The notes under the pieces: generated by a model
The model's database searches: none
What the model was told of the DNA's origin: nothing
The model's input: only the letters and a program-made list of their open reading frames with translations
Origin: Longimicrobiales bacterium
Lineage (GTDB): Bacteria > Gemmatimonadota > Gemmatimonadetes > Longimicrobiales > Gaopeijiaceae
NCBI GenBank assembly: GCA_965226375.1
Contig: CBDDCX010000006.1
Coordinates: 448,001 to 512,000, forward strand
Reading direction: 5' to 3'
Length of the DNA: 64,000 nt
Made by a program: the position numbers and the translations under genes
Shown: positions 1 to 11,030 of the stretch, in pieces
How positions within the stretch are numbered: position 1 is the stretch's first letter
Layout: every line of letters begins with the position of its first letter

Positions 1-2
1 GT

Positions 3-812
3 CGTATCAGCCTGGACACGAATTGGCGACACAAGACGTTCCTCGCCGGTGGAAGTCTCGACGAGTTCTGGAGGGGCAGTATCGGTGGCGACCTCACGAT
101 ACGGGGTGGCTGGGCGCTGCGGGCATCGTTCATCACGGAGGAAGTCTTCTATCCGCACGAGCTGTACGCCGACTATGCCATCGAGAGTCCGACCGCTACG
201 GGAACCGACACCATCCCCTACGTCGGCGTGCCGAAGATCGCCACCTACAACCTGAGCCTCGGCCTGACGTTACCGCGATCGCAGCACTTCAGCGGCAGCA
301 CGTCTCTCCTCATCGGCGAGGACGTGAACTACGACGAGTGGGCCCCCGGGTATCTGTTCCTTTGGCGGAACACCCTGGTTTGGCGACCGACGGACCAGCT
401 CCGCATCGAGGGGAGTTGGGTGCGCCAGCAATACTTGCGCAAAGTCGACAATAGCACGCTGCGCATCCGCGACCTTCCACGTCTCAAGGTCGAGTATCAG
501 CTTACGCGTGCGATCTTCTTCCGCTTCGTGGGTCAGTACGACGCCACCAACGTGGACGACCTACGTGACGACACCCGAACCGAGAATCCGATCTTGGTCC
601 GCAACAGCGACGGCATCTACGAGCCGGAGCTGGCATGGACCCGCAACGACTTCCGCGTCGACGGGCTCTTCTCGTTCGAGCCGAGCCCCGGAACGGTGAT
701 CTTCGCCGGTTACGGCAGCAGCCTCACCGAGATCGACTCGTTTCGCTTCGATAGCCTGGAGCGGACAAGCGACGGGTTCTTCGTCAAGCTGAGCTACCTG
801 CTGAGGATGTAG
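3..812 (+). CDS. DUF5916/CBM9-type outer-membrane protein, C-terminal part (5' end outside window)
   Basis: Frame of ORF 228..812 is open back to position 3. The C-terminus closely parallels the next gene (RLKVEYQLTRAIFFRFVGQY...FEPSPGTVIFAGYGSS...KLSYLLRM). Confidence 0.8.
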   Translation, partial: RISLDTNWRHKTFLAGGSLDEFWRGSIGGDLTIRGGWALRASFITEEVFYPHELYADYAIESPTATGTDTIPYVGVPKIATYNLSLGLTLPRSQHFSGSTSLLIGEDVNYDEWAPGYLFLWRNTLVWRPTDQLRIEGSWVRQQYLRKVDNSTLRIRDLPRLKVEYQLTRAIFFRFVGQYDATNVDDLRDDTRTENPILVRNSDGIYEPELAWTRNDFRVDGLFSFEPSPGTVIFAGYGSSLTEIDSFRFDSLERTSDGFFVKLSYLLRM

Positions 813-823
813 AGCCCTTCCAC

Positions 824-3193
824 GTGCTTCTCCCCATACTCGCGGTACTCCAGGTCGCCGCCGGCCCCTTGAACGGCGCCGCCTCGCAAACTACCTACCG
901 GGGTGTGCTCACTCAGCTCGAAGTGACACCACCCAGAATCGAAGAAGAGATCCAGGTTGATGGACTTCTCGATGAAGGGGCTTGGAGGAGAGCCGCAGTC
1001 CTCACAGGCTTCTCGCAATACCAGCCCATGGACGGCGTGCCGGCCGACGACCGAACAGAGGTGCTCGTCTGGTACTCATCGAGCGCGATCCACTTCGGGA
1101 TCCGTGCCTTCGAGCCTCACGGCGTTGTTAACGCGACGCTGGCCGATCGCGACAACATCAACAACGACGATCACCTGCAGCTCTTGATCGATCCGTTCAA
1201 CGACGGTCGCCGCGCCCTTGTCTTCGGTGTGAATCCCCTGGGTGTGCAGGCCGACGGAATGAGGGTGGAACGAGGGTTCCAACGCACCAACTCCACGAGG
1301 GGCGCCACCAGCCCCGTGGATCTGTCACCGGACTTTCTCTACGACTCGAGGGGTCTCATCACGGACTACGGTTACGCGGTAGAAGTACGGATTCCGTTCA
1401 AGAGCCTCACGTTCCAGCCGAGCGAGATCCAGGACTGGGGCATCAATATCATCCGGCGGGTGCAGCACTCGGGAAGGGATCAGACCTGGACACCCGCGCT
1501 TCAAAGCCGAGCCTCGTTCTTGGCCCAAAGCGGCACCTTGTTGTCACTACAAGGCATGAATCGGGGGCTCGTGCTCGACGTCAACCCAGTGGTCACGACC
1601 TCCATTGCGGGCTCCCCGGCTGACGCCGGGGGTTCCCCCTCGGAGGCGGGGTGGAACTACGACGGGAACACTCCGGAGTTGGGCGGCACGCTCAGATGGG
1701 GGCTGACGAACAACCTCACGTTTACCGGCACCGTGAACCCCGACTTCTCACAGGTGGAGGCAGACGTCGGGCAGACCGACTTCAACCCGCAACGCTCCAT
1801 CATCTTTCCGGAAAAGCGCCCGTTCTTTCTAGAGGGTAGTGAGAGCTTTCAGACCCCGAACAATCTCATCCACACACGAAGGATCGCGAACCCGGTAGGC
1901 GCGGCGAAGCTGACGGGTAAGATCTCGGGAACAGAGGTGGGATTCCTGACGGCCGTGGACGACAAGGCGCTGTCTGAGTCCGGCCTCGACAACCCCATCT
2001 TCAACATCCTTCGCATCAAGAGAAACATCGGCGAGGAATCCACGGTCGGCGTCGTGTACACGGACCGCATGGAGGGGTCGGACTACAACCGCGTGATCGG
2101 GGCCGACAGCCGAATCATCGTCGGCGGGAACTACGACTTTCAGGCTCAGGGTACCGTGACCCTCGACCGAAAGGACGAGCAAACCGACGACGCATACATG
2201 TGGGATGTGAGCTTGCGACGTACCGGGCGCAGATTCGGCTTCAACACCAATTTCACCGCGTACGATGACGATCTCGCCTTGGGCAGCGGGTTCGTACGAC
2301 GCTCGGGAACGGTGCGCATCGGTGGCTCACCCAGCCTCACCTTCTACGGCGAAGAGGGCGACCGGCTGGAGCAGTATCGAGTCAGCCTCAACCTCTCTTA
2401 TACATGGCTGTACGACACCTTCTTGAACGGGGGGAGCGTCGACGACGCGATCCGCTTCACATTCGGGAACAACTTCATCTTCCGTGGAGGATGGGTGCTG
2501 GGTGCGTCGGTTCTGATCGAGGAATTCTATTACCCGCCCACCTTGTACGCCGACTACTTTGTCGAGCTTCAGTCACCCACCGGAACGGAGTACGCCCCCT
2601 ACGTGGGCACGCCGGCGCTTCAGAACTACCTGCTGTCCTTGCGGTTGAGTACTCCAAGCTCCCAGCGCTTCACGGGCAGCATCTCGTGGATCGGGGGCCA
2701 GGACGAAAACTTCAACGAGTGGGCCTCGGCATACATCAGCTTCCTGACAATCCAAGCGACATGGCGACCTACGGATCAACTTCGGATCGAGGGCAGGTTG
2801 GTGAACCAGAGGGGCTACCGCCCGGACGACTGGAGCGCGGAACGTAAGGTCGACATCCCCCGCCTCAAGTTGGAGTACCAGCTTACGCGCTCGATCTTCT
2901 TCCGCTTTGTGGGCCAGTATCAGGCGACCAACATCGACGACCTTCACGACCAATCGAGAACCGAGGCTCCCATCTACATTCGCAACGACGAGGGGGTCCT
3001 GGAACGCGCGCTGGCCTGGACCCAGAACGACGTCCGCCTCGACGCACTGTTCTCGTACGAACCCAGTCCCGGGACGGTCATCTTCGCCGGATACGGCAGC
3101 AGTATGACCGAAGGTGACTCATTCCATTTCGACAGCCTGGAACGCACGAGTGACGGGTTCTTCATGAAGCTGAGCTATCTGTTCCGGATGTAG
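824..3193 (+). CDS. DUF5916 / carbohydrate-binding family 9-like outer-membrane protein
   Basis: 789 aa with signal peptide, VDGLLDEGAW CBM9-like N-domain, TVNPDFSQVEAD and FPEKRPFFLEG motifs, and a beta-strand C-terminus. Confidence 0.85.
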   Translation: MLLPILAVLQVAAGPLNGAASQTTYRGVLTQLEVTPPRIEEEIQVDGLLDEGAWRRAAVLTGFSQYQPMDGVPADDRTEVLVWYSSSAIHFGIRAFEPHGVVNATLADRDNINNDDHLQLLIDPFNDGRRALVFGVNPLGVQADGMRVERGFQRTNSTRGATSPVDLSPDFLYDSRGLITDYGYAVEVRIPFKSLTFQPSEIQDWGINIIRRVQHSGRDQTWTPALQSRASFLAQSGTLLSLQGMNRGLVLDVNPVVTTSIAGSPADAGGSPSEAGWNYDGNTPELGGTLRWGLTNNLTFTGTVNPDFSQVEADVGQTDFNPQRSIIFPEKRPFFLEGSESFQTPNNLIHTRRIANPVGAAKLTGKISGTEVGFLTAVDDKALSESGLDNPIFNILRIKRNIGEESTVGVVYTDRMEGSDYNRVIGADSRIIVGGNYDFQAQGTVTLDRKDEQTDDAYMWDVSLRRTGRRFGFNTNFTAYDDDLALGSGFVRRSGTVRIGGSPSLTFYGEEGDRLEQYRVSLNLSYTWLYDTFLNGGSVDDAIRFTFGNNFIFRGGWVLGASVLIEEFYYPPTLYADYFVELQSPTGTEYAPYVGTPALQNYLLSLRLSTPSSQRFTGSISWIGGQDENFNEWASAYISFLTIQATWRPTDQLRIEGRLVNQRGYRPDDWSAERKVDIPRLKLEYQLTRSIFFRFVGQYQATNIDDLHDQSRTEAPIYIRNDEGVLERALAWTQNDVRLDALFSYEPSPGTVIFAGYGSSMTEGDSFHFDSLERTSDGFFMKLSYLFRM

Positions 3194-3246
3194 CCGGATC
3201 CTCGTGCCTGGTCTCCGCCCGACTCCCTCCCGATCTGAAACGCCCC

Positions 3247-4201
3247 GTGCGAGCGGGTAGCGCCCGGATGCGGGCATCTCTCGCTCACGCAGCCCGGATC
3301 GCCGTCCTCCTCAACGCAGTGGCACAGATCGGCCTGCCGCACCCCATCGTTGGACAGGGGTCGACCGGATCACTCGAGCACATCGTCATCCCTCGCCTGA
3401 TCGGGGAAATCGATTTCGATGGACGGGTGGACGAACCCGCATGGGCGGCGGTGCCCGTATTCCCCGCCACCATGCACACCCCGCACTTCGGACTGGCGCC
3501 GAGCGAAGCCACCGAATTCCGAGTGGCACATGACGAAAGGCACCTCTACGTATCGTGTCGCGCCTACGACTCCGAGCCGTCGGGAGTCCGTGCTTCATCC
3601 CTCAAGCGTGACCTGGGTGGGTACGCGAGCGATTGGTGCATTCTCATTCTCGACACCTTCAACGACAAGGAGACGTCGTTGCTGTTCGGCACGACCCCAG
3701 CGGGCCTACGAACGGACATCGTCTTCGCCAACGACACGGAGGCGGGCGCCAACTTCAACTGGAACACCTTCTGGGACGCAGCTGAGGGTGAACGTCTCAG
3801 CGGAGGCCGGAGGGTTCTTCGACGGCAGCATCGCATCGGCGTCCCTGACGGGCACGTGGACCCCGTCCAAACACTTCGAGCTCGACACGACGTATCGGAT
3901 AGAAGACGTCCGCTTCGACGATCGAGATCAGGGGTTTACTGCGCACATTCTCAGGCTACGGACCGCGGCCCGACTGGATACCCGGTTCAGCAGCGGAGCC
4001 TTGATCCAATACAACAGCACTGCCAGCTCGGTGACGGTCAACCTGCGGGTGCGCTATAACCCGAGAGAAGGAACCGATCTGTACCTGGTCTGGAACGAAG
4101 GCCTGGTGACGGATCGGTTCAGATTCGACCCGGTCCGCCCACTGAGCGACAGCCGTACACTTCTACTCAAGTACTCTCAGACCCTGACCCTGGGGCTCTA
4201 G
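3247..4201 (+). pseudogene. Third DUF5916-family gene with large internal deletion and frameshift
   Basis: The N-domain (FDGRVDEPAW...NWNTFWDAA) joins at ~3780, out of frame, to a C-terminal barrel segment (LIQYNS...NLRVRYNPREGTDLYLVWNEG...LLKYS). The central PDFSQVE region is missing. Confidence 0.75.
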
Positions 4202-4217
4202 CGTCAGAATTCGGGTA

Positions 4218-4234
4218 GCCCACTCAGGGTGGGC
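4218..4234. terminator. Hairpin between convergent genes
   Basis: GCCCAC-TCAGG-GTGGGC; no U-tract. Confidence 0.3.
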
Positions 4235-4269
4235 CGACAACCCCATAGCGGGGACCAAGGCGTGCCCCT

Positions 4270-5133
4270 CTAGGGAATGCGGTCGCCCGCCGCGGTCCGT
4301 TCGCCCTCCCAGAGAAGCTCGATGCCCCCCTGCCGCGCTCCCTCCTCGATCATACGGAGCGTCATCTCGGGTGCGACATCGAAGAGTTGGCCGTTTCGCA
4401 TGAACCCGATCATGAGCTCCCCGTTGCCGGCCGGAATCAGCTCTACTACGCCACGTCCCCACCGTCCTACGAGTTGGTCACCCTCCTCGCTGATCTCGAG
4501 AGGCACCGTGAGGGGGCCTCCGGTAGTGGGGTCATTGCCGTCCAATCGGTATCGGCCCACGAACGACGCCCGTTCGGTCGCCGACAGCGTCTCGGCGACG
4601 AACTCGGGCGCTTCGATCGTGAGCGGCACATAGGTGGTGCCCCAGTGCACGCGGACCTCCACCATCGACGGGCCCACAACCGGGAAGTACCACGCGAGAG
4701 CCTCCATGTGGGAGCCTTCCTGTGGTTCGACCGTAAAGCTGAGTAGTTGTTGATCCTCGGGCACGGGCGTGTCGTGATAGAGACGCCATGCACGGTTCAA
4801 GAAGACCGTCCACGTATCAGCTTGAGGCTGCATCCACACCGAGTACTTCCCCGCGGGAACGAGATGTCCGTTGAGCTCGATATCCTTGTCCACCTCCATG
4901 GTGGTGGCCCAATTGGCCCCAGAGGTCCACATCTCACCCCAATGGACGACACCCCCGAACAGGTTGTCGCGGCCGCGAGCGACCGGGCGGCCGAAATCGA
5001 ACGTAATGCTCGTGCCGTTGACTATCTGATTGACGGTGCCCCGCTCGCTGCCTCTCGGCTGAGCGGCAAGCGTGTTGGGCACGAGCAAGGCCACAAGGGC
5101 CAGGGCGAACAAACAACCGCGGACAGTGGTCAT
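4270..5133 (-). CDS. DUF2911-domain secreted protein
   Basis: Signal peptide from ATG 5133; QPRGSERGTVNQ, FGRPVARGRDNLFGGVVHWGEMWTSGANWAT and VPAGKYSVW motifs. Confidence 0.8.
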   Translation of the reverse strand: MTTVRGCLFALALVALLVPNTLAAQPRGSERGTVNQIVNGTSITFDFGRPVARGRDNLFGGVVHWGEMWTSGANWATTMEVDKDIELNGHLVPAGKYSVWMQPQADTWTVFLNRAWRLYHDTPVPEDQQLLSFTVEPQEGSHMEALAWYFPVVGPSMVEVRVHWGTTYVPLTIEAPEFVAETLSATERASFVGRYRLDGNDPTTGGPLTVPLEISEEGDQLVGRWGRGVVELIPAGNGELMIGFMRNGQLFDVAPEMTLRMIEEGARQGGIELLWEGERTAAGDRIP

Positions 5134-5237
5134 ACCAGGAGATTCTCCAGGATAGAGGACGGGTAACACGAGAGGTGTACACCTCCTGAGCGAAGGGGAG
5201 CCGGTAGGGCAGGTGGACGAACCGTTCTCACGAACGC

Positions 5238-6239
5238 TTATTCGTCCTGTTGGAAACCAGCGTCGAAGGCCGTCTCCGCCGGCGGAAAGTCGATCTCCCG
5301 AACGAAGCGGCACGCCTCCAGCGCACCGTGCTCCCGGTCCATGCCCGCGTCCTCCCACTCGACAGACAGGGGGCCCTGATACCCGACGCGGTTGAGAGCC
5401 CGGATCACCTCTTCGAAGGGTACTCGTCCACGCCCCAGCGATCGGAAATCCCAGGACCGATCCGCATGCCCGAACGGCAGGTGCCCCCCGAAAACGCCCG
5501 ACGGCATCGGAGTCTCGGACCACCATACGTCCTTCATGTGAGCATGGAAAATGCGTGACTCGAATTGGAGAATGAACGCGACGCAGTCCACCCCTTGGTA
5601 CGCGAGGTGCGACGGATCGTAGTTGAACCCGAAGCTCTCTCGATACCCTACAGCTTCCAGCGCCCGCTCGGCGGTAACGATATCGAAGGCGATCTCTGTC
5701 GGATGCACCTCCAAAGCGAACCGCACCCCCACCTCATCGAACACGTCCAGAATCGGATTCCAGAGCTCCGCGAACTCCGCGAAGCCCCGCTCGATCGTTT
5801 CGGTACTCACGGGAGGAAACGAGTAGAGGAACGGCCAGATCGGGCTCCCGGTAAAGCCGTTCACCACGTCGAGCCCCATGTTGGCCGCGGCTCGCGCGGT
5901 CTGCTTCATCTCCTCGGCGGCACGGGAGCGGACGCCGTGCGGATCGCCGTCTCCCCAGACGTGCGGGGGCAGGATGTCCCGGTGACGCTCATCAACAACG
6001 TCCGCGACGGCTTGGCCAACCAGATGGTTGCTGATGGCCCACACGCCGAGTCCGTGCTTCTCCAAAAGTGCACGACGTTCCTGGCAGTACCCCGGGTCCT
6101 GCGCCCCGCGTGTCACGTCGAAGTGATCGCCCCAGCAGGCCAACTCCAGGCCGTCGTATCCCCACTCGGCCGCCTTACGACAGAGTTCTTCAAGGGGTAG
6201 GTCGGCCCATTGGCCAGTGAAGAGGGTTACCGGTCGCAT
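5238..6239 (-). CDS. Sugar phosphate isomerase/epimerase (xylose-isomerase-like TIM barrel)
   Basis: [14 protein letters not shown] start; ALEVHP, NYDPSH, HAHMKD and LSVEWED metal-binding motifs. Confidence 0.85.
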   Translation of the reverse strand: MRPVTLFTGQWADLPLEELCRKAAEWGYDGLELACWGDHFDVTRGAQDPGYCQERRALLEKHGLGVWAISNHLVGQAVADVVDERHRDILPPHVWGDGDPHGVRSRAAEEMKQTARAAANMGLDVVNGFTGSPIWPFLYSFPPVSTETIERGFAEFAELWNPILDVFDEVGVRFALEVHPTEIAFDIVTAERALEAVGYRESFGFNYDPSHLAYQGVDCVAFILQFESRIFHAHMKDVWWSETPMPSGVFGGHLPFGHADRSWDFRSLGRGRVPFEEVIRALNRVGYQGPLSVEWEDAGMDREHGALEACRFVREIDFPPAETAFDAGFQQDE

Positions 6240-6244
6240 GGTCG

Positions 6245-7417
6245 TTACTCCTCCTGTCCGGGAGGCTCGTAAGCCCCCGACACCCAGGCTCCCCGGCGCC
6301 CGCTCTCCACCGCCGCCTCGATGAAGTGGACGCCCCGCGCCCCGTCCTGGACCGTGGGAAAATCGCCGGCGAACGGGTTCGGCTCTGAGCTGCCCTCCCG
6401 GGCCTGTAGCGTGTGCGCGACGTTGCGGTAGAGGTTCGCGAACGCCTCGATGAACCCCTCCGGATGCCCGCCCGGCAGCCTCGTGTGGGCCTGGGCACGA
6501 TCGGACAGATCCGAGCCACCCACATGAAGCACCGTCTCGGTGCCATCCGGCGACATGAGCCTGAGGCGATCCGGGGATTCCTGATCCCAATCCAATCCTC
6601 CTTCGGTGCCATAGATCCGGAGCCGAAGATGGTTGCGCTCCCCCACAGCGATCTGGGAGGCGAAAAGAAGACCCCTCGCGCTACCTTCGAAGTGGAGGAG
6701 GAGCGTGGCGTCGTCTTCGAGGGCCCGACCGGAAACCACGGTGCCGAGGTCCGCGAAAAGACTCTCGATTTCGAGACCGGTCACATAACGGGCCAGGTTG
6801 TGGGCGTGCGACCCGATGTCCCCAAGCGCCGACGAGATTCCAGCGCGGGTCGGATCGGCTCTCCATTCCGCCTGCTTGTGGCCCTCGGCCTCCAGCAACG
6901 TGGCGAGCCATCCCTGCGAATACTCGACCACCACCTTCCGCACCGTTCCCAGGGCTCCCGAACGGACTCGCTCTCGCGCCTCCTTCACCATGGGGTAACC
7001 GGTGTAGTTGTGGGTCACCGCAAAGACACGATCTTTCTCTGAGGCCAGGCGACAGAGGACCTCTGCGTCTTCCAGAGAGGTCGTGAGCGGCTTGTCGCAC
7101 ACGACGTGAAACCCCGCCTCGAGAAACGCGCGGGCCACCGGAAAGTGGAGGTGGTTCGGCGTAACGATGGAGACGACCTCGATGCGCTGATCGGCGGGCA
7201 GTGCCGCCTCGGCCCGGACCATCTCTTCGTAGGATGCGTAGGCCCTCTCGGGATTGAGGCCCAGCTCCGCGCCGGTCTGCCTGGAGAGCTCCGGGTCCGA
7301 GGAGAACGCACCCGCAACGAGCCCGAACTGGCCGTCGAGCGCCGCCGCCATTCGGTGCACGGGTCCGATGAAGGCCCCGGGGCCACCGCCCACCATGCCG
7401 TAACGGACAACCTTCAC
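6245..7417 (-). CDS. Gfo/Idh/MocA family oxidoreductase
   Basis: [28 protein letters not shown]. Confidence 0.9.
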   Translation of the reverse strand: MKVVRYGMVGGGPGAFIGPVHRMAAALDGQFGLVAGAFSSDPELSRQTGAELGLNPERAYASYEEMVRAEAALPADQRIEVVSIVTPNHLHFPVARAFLEAGFHVVCDKPLTTSLEDAEVLCRLASEKDRVFAVTHNYTGYPMVKEARERVRSGALGTVRKVVVEYSQGWLATLLEAEGHKQAEWRADPTRAGISSALGDIGSHAHNLARYVTGLEIESLFADLGTVVSGRALEDDATLLLHFEGSARGLLFASQIAVGERNHLRLRIYGTEGGLDWDQESPDRLRLMSPDGTETVLHVGGSDLSDRAQAHTRLPGGHPEGFIEAFANLYRNVAHTLQAREGSSEPNPFAGDFPTVQDGARGVHFIEAAVESGRRGAWVSGAYEPPGQEE

Positions 7418-7448
7418 GCGCGAGGAGCCCTAGAGGCAGCGTTGAAGA

Positions 7449-7715
7449 TCATGCCCCGAGGCTCTCGACGACGTAGCCGCCGGCCCTTCGATCCCGCGCA
7501 TAGAGCGTTCCAAAGATCACCGTCAACAGTCCGCACAGCGGGACCAGGTAACGGAAAGAGATCCGGCCCCCGTAGTTATCCGCCGGCCCGAGCACCGACC
7601 GGGCCTCGGCAAAGGCCACCGAGGTAGCGATGAGCGCGACGCAACTTCCGAGAAAGAGTCGCTTGTCGTGGAAGGTGGCGCCGCCCGGGGAATCGGCCGA
7701 GAGAGAGTCGGTCAT
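7449..7715 (-). pseudogene. MFS sugar transporter remnant (first and last helices fused)
   Basis: 88 aa: KRLFLGSCVALIATSVAFA (TM1-like) directly followed by GGRISFRYL...IFGTLYARDRRAGGY (last-TM-like), inside a sugar operon. Confidence 0.6.
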
Positions 7716-7717
7716 GG

Positions 7718-8476
7718 TCAAGCTAGTCCAAGGTGCTCGAGCACCTCGCGGGGCGGGGGATCCCACCGCGCCAGCGGTACGTTGCCGATGTATTGGAGAT
7801 CCTGCATCCCCTCTTCGGTGGTCCAGAAGGCGCCGGCCGTGAGATCACGAATCCGGGCAAAGAAACGAGCACCGGCCTCGAATCCCGGCGCCGCATCAGG
7901 CACATGGGCGATGTCGGCGCAGATCTCGTCTCGACGAGCGGGCCTCAGGTCGCGGAAGCGCGTGCCCTGTCCGAAACGGCGCCCCGACTCGGAGTCCAGC
8001 CACACCAGGCCTCCCCTGACGAGCACCCGATCCCGGCCCATCCCTTCATATGGGGCGCTCACCCACTCGTCGATGTAGTGGTGGGCACCCACGGCACTCG
8101 CCGCAGGCGAGCGGCCGTCGGCCGGGATGATCACGTCGCAGAGAACGGCCAGCGTATCCAACTCGTCCTGTGTAAGGACTCGCTCCCAGGGGATCACCGG
8201 AGCCAGCAGATCCGGGTCCGCAGCCGTCCCGGCGGCCAGAACATTACGAGCCGGCACTGCGGCTCCCCCGGCCGGCCGCTGGGTACTGGCGCATGACGCC
8301 AGGCCGGGAGTGGCCGCGGCCACCGCCATCACTTTCAAGGCCATACGCCGGTCCATGGATCCCTGCGCAGGGCTACCGGTGGGCGAGACCACGGGCAGGT
8401 TCGTCCCGCGAGCCTTCCGCGCGTCAGCTCCTGGCGCCGAGTCGGTGCGGACCGGGTGATTCCTATCCTCGCTCAT
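7718..8476 (-). CDS. Gluconate 2-dehydrogenase subunit 3-like (GMC partner subunit)
   Basis: MDRRMALK Tat-like motif; LCDVIIPAD, YIDEWVSAP, GAFWTTEEG...YIGN; overlaps the GMC stop codon. Confidence 0.85.
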   Translation of the reverse strand: MSEDRNHPVRTDSAPGADARKARGTNLPVVSPTGSPAQGSMDRRMALKVMAVAAATPGLASCASTQRPAGGAAVPARNVLAAGTAADPDLLAPVIPWERVLTQDELDTLAVLCDVIIPADGRSPAASAVGAHHYIDEWVSAPYEGMGRDRVLVRGGLVWLDSESGRRFGQGTRFRDLRPARRDEICADIAHVPDAAPGFEAGARFFARIRDLTAGAFWTTEEGMQDLQYIGNVPLARWDPPPREVLEHLGLA

Positions 8477-10254
8477 CCGATGCTCCCGCGTTGGAGCTCG
8501 TCCACCAGGTAGTCGACCGCCCGCCACGCGATGGCCATGATGCTCAATGTCGGATTCTTGTCTGCGTTGGACACGAAGCAGCCACCGTCGGTGACGAACA
8601 GGTTGTCCACCTCCCACGACTGGCAGAAGGAGTTCAGCACCGACCGGGAGGGATCGTCCCCCATGATCACACCCCCCACCTCGTGGATGATCTGGCCGGG
8701 ATTCTGGATGGAATCGGCCCCGTCGTCATGGATGGTGCTCAGGACCCGCCCCCCCATCGACTCGATGATTTCCGCGAAGGTGCGCTGCATGTGCCTGCTC
8801 TGGTTCAACTCGTGGTCCGACCACTTCCAGTTGAAGCGGAGGACCGGAATGCCCCACTGATCCACCGTATCCGTATCGATCTCGCAGTAGCTGTCCTCGT
8901 TGGGGATCATCTCCCCGCGCCCGTCGAAACCCAGGAACGAACCGTAATAACGGCGGCAGTCCTCCTTGAAAGCCTGCCCGTACGAGCCCTCGGTAAAGCG
9001 CTCCAGGCGGCTGAACGATCCGCCGCTCGGCATGCGCCGACCCCCGCCGAACTCGATGTGGTAGCCCCGCGCGAAGTCCAAGCGCCCGCGCGCCTGTTCC
9101 CCATACAGCCACCAGGGCATGTACAGGTGCATCGCCGAGGCACCGTCGCTGTTGTGCGGCGGCATGCTTTCCATGGCGGGAATCTGGCCCGACACCCCCG
9201 CACCCACCGTGTCCATGAGGTATTTCCCCACCAGTCCGCTGCCGTTGGCGAGACCGTCCGGGAATTGGCTGCTCTTCGAGTTCAGCAGAATGCGAGCCGA
9301 CGAACAGGCACTGGCAGCCAGGACCACGACCCGCGCACTGACGTGCTCGTCGAGTCGCGTGTGCTTGTCGATGTAATGGACACCGGTAGCCCTACCCTGT
9401 GCATCCACGGTCACCTCTCGGACCATGGCGCCGGTGACGACATCCACATTGCCCGTGGCCACGGCGGGTGGAATCACGACCGTGGTAGACTGAAAGTTAG
9501 CCTTGATGGAGCATCCCCGACCACACGGAGTCGCCCAGAAACACGCCGCCCGGGAGCGCATGGACTCGCCGAGGACGCGCTGGGCCAACGGGTTGTTCGG
9601 GTGGATGAGCCCCGGAAGGCTCTCGTGATCCTGCACTTCGGAGAGGATGGCCAGGTGGGCTGGAATCACCGGAATGTCGAGATCGGCACACGCTCGCTGT
9701 GTATAGAGCTCGTGCGCACGCGGAGCGGGAGCTGGTTGAAGAACGCCGGGGGAGGAGTCGGGCGTGTTTTCGAGCCCTTCGTTGGACCCGTAGACCCCGA
9801 TGAGCCTCTCGGTCTTGTCGTAGTACGGAGCCAGGTCCTCGTAGGTCATGGGCCAATCGAAGCCCAACCCATCGCGAGACCTGGGCTTGAAGTCGTACGC
9901 GCCCATGCGAAGGGAGATCCGGCCCCAGTGGTTGGTGCGGCCACCGAGCATGCGCGCCCGCCACCAACGGAACTCGGTGCCTTCAGCACTGGTGTACGGC
10001 TCGCCCGGGACCTCCCATCCCCCATCCACCGTGGCGTCGTAGAAGCCGAACGGCTTCTCGGGCGTGCCCCCTCCCCGGAGCGGTGCGTCCTTGGGAAGGT
10101 TGAACATCGGAGTCTCGGTGGTGGGATCGTAGTCCCGCCCCGCCTCGAGCAAGAGTACCTTCACACCCGCCACGGCCAGCAGGTACGCACACATACCACC
10201 GGCGGCACCGGACCCGACTATGATCACGTCGTACTGTTGCCGAGCTTGGCTCAC
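8473..10254 (-). CDS. GMC family FAD oxidoreductase (glucoside 3-dehydrogenase-like)
   Basis: YDVIIVGSGAAGG, LGGRTNHWGR, IHEVGG, KNPTLSIMA and a Cys cluster CFWATPCGRGC; GTG start overlaps the upstream stop. Confidence 0.9.
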   Translation of the reverse strand: MSQARQQYDVIIVGSGAAGGMCAYLLAVAGVKVLLLEAGRDYDPTTETPMFNLPKDAPLRGGGTPEKPFGFYDATVDGGWEVPGEPYTSAEGTEFRWWRARMLGGRTNHWGRISLRMGAYDFKPRSRDGLGFDWPMTYEDLAPYYDKTERLIGVYGSNEGLENTPDSSPGVLQPAPAPRAHELYTQRACADLDIPVIPAHLAILSEVQDHESLPGLIHPNNPLAQRVLGESMRSRAACFWATPCGRGCSIKANFQSTTVVIPPAVATGNVDVVTGAMVREVTVDAQGRATGVHYIDKHTRLDEHVSARVVVLAASACSSARILLNSKSSQFPDGLANGSGLVGKYLMDTVGAGVSGQIPAMESMPPHNSDGASAMHLYMPWWLYGEQARGRLDFARGYHIEFGGGRRMPSGGSFSRLERFTEGSYGQAFKEDCRRYYGSFLGFDGRGEMIPNEDSYCEIDTDTVDQWGIPVLRFNWKWSDHELNQSRHMQRTFAEIIESMGGRVLSTIHDDGADSIQNPGQIIHEVGGVIMGDDPSRSVLNSFCQSWEVDNLFVTDGGCFVSNADKNPTLSIMAIAWRAVDYLVDELQRGSIG

Positions 10255-11030
10255 GGCAGTCGTCGAATCTTGATGTTGCGGAAAGCCGCCCGGTCCCCGT
10301 GATCCTGAAGTCCGATATGGCCCTTCGAAGCCCGCCCGTACTCGGGCCAGTCGTTGAACTTGCTGGCGGCGACGCGCTCCAACCAGTCGGGGCTGCCGAA
10401 CTCGTAGGACACGATGTGCACACCGTTCATCCAATGCTCCACGTGGTCGCCGTTCACGATGATACGGACGAAGTTCCATTCGCCGGCGAACCGCGCGAGC
10501 CCTCGAGGAGCCGGGTGCAGTCCGTAGTTCGCACCTGCTGAGGTGAGGGCGGACCCGCCGTCCCCGTGATTCTCATCGTCGAGGGCCTGCATCTCCGGAG
10601 CCCCCATGTAGATCTGTTCGAGACCCTCCACCGCACGGTAGAAGATGCCGCTGTTCCCTCCCAGCTCCACCTTCCACTCCAAGGTCAGGTCGAAGTTCTC
10701 GAACTGCTCGGTGGTGATGATGTCCCGACCCGGTCCGACTCGAGTGAGCTCGCCGTCCACTACCCGCCAGCCGTCGGGCACCTCCTCCATCATGTAGCCC
10801 CGCCAGCCGGCGGTGGTCCGGCCGTCGAAGAGGAGTTCCCAGCCGGCTTCGCGCTCGGCGTCCGTGAGCGTGTTGATGGGTGGTCCCTGAGGCTCCATCT
10901 CCTGCGCCGCAGCCGACCCCGCCGATAGCAGTGGGCCGGCGGAGAGAACGCCGACCAGGACGGCCGAGAGCCGGTACCGAACCACGCGGGGTCGCCACTT
11001 CACCACGCCCCCTACCCAGACCCCGGTCAC
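10251..11030 (-). CDS. DUF1080 (3-keto-disaccharide hydrolase/hydratase) family protein
   Basis: [40 protein letters not shown]; signal peptide. Confidence 0.9.
   Translation of the reverse strand: MTGVWVGGVVKWRPRVVRYRLSAVLVGVLSAGPLLSAGSAAAQEMEPQGPPINTLTDAEREAGWELLFDGRTTAGWRGYMMEEVPDGWRVVDGELTRVGPGRDIITTEQFENFDLTLEWKVELGGNSGIFYRAVEGLEQIYMGAPEMQALDDENHGDGGSALTSAGANYGLHPAPRGLARFAGEWNFVRIIVNGDHVEHWMNGVHIVSYEFGSPDWLERVAASKFNDWPEYGRASKGHIGLQDHGDRAAFRNIKIRRLP

Noticed and set aside
8293..10302. 669-aa plus-strand ORF
   Set aside because: Antisense shadow of the GMC gene, typical of GC-rich DNA; no motifs.
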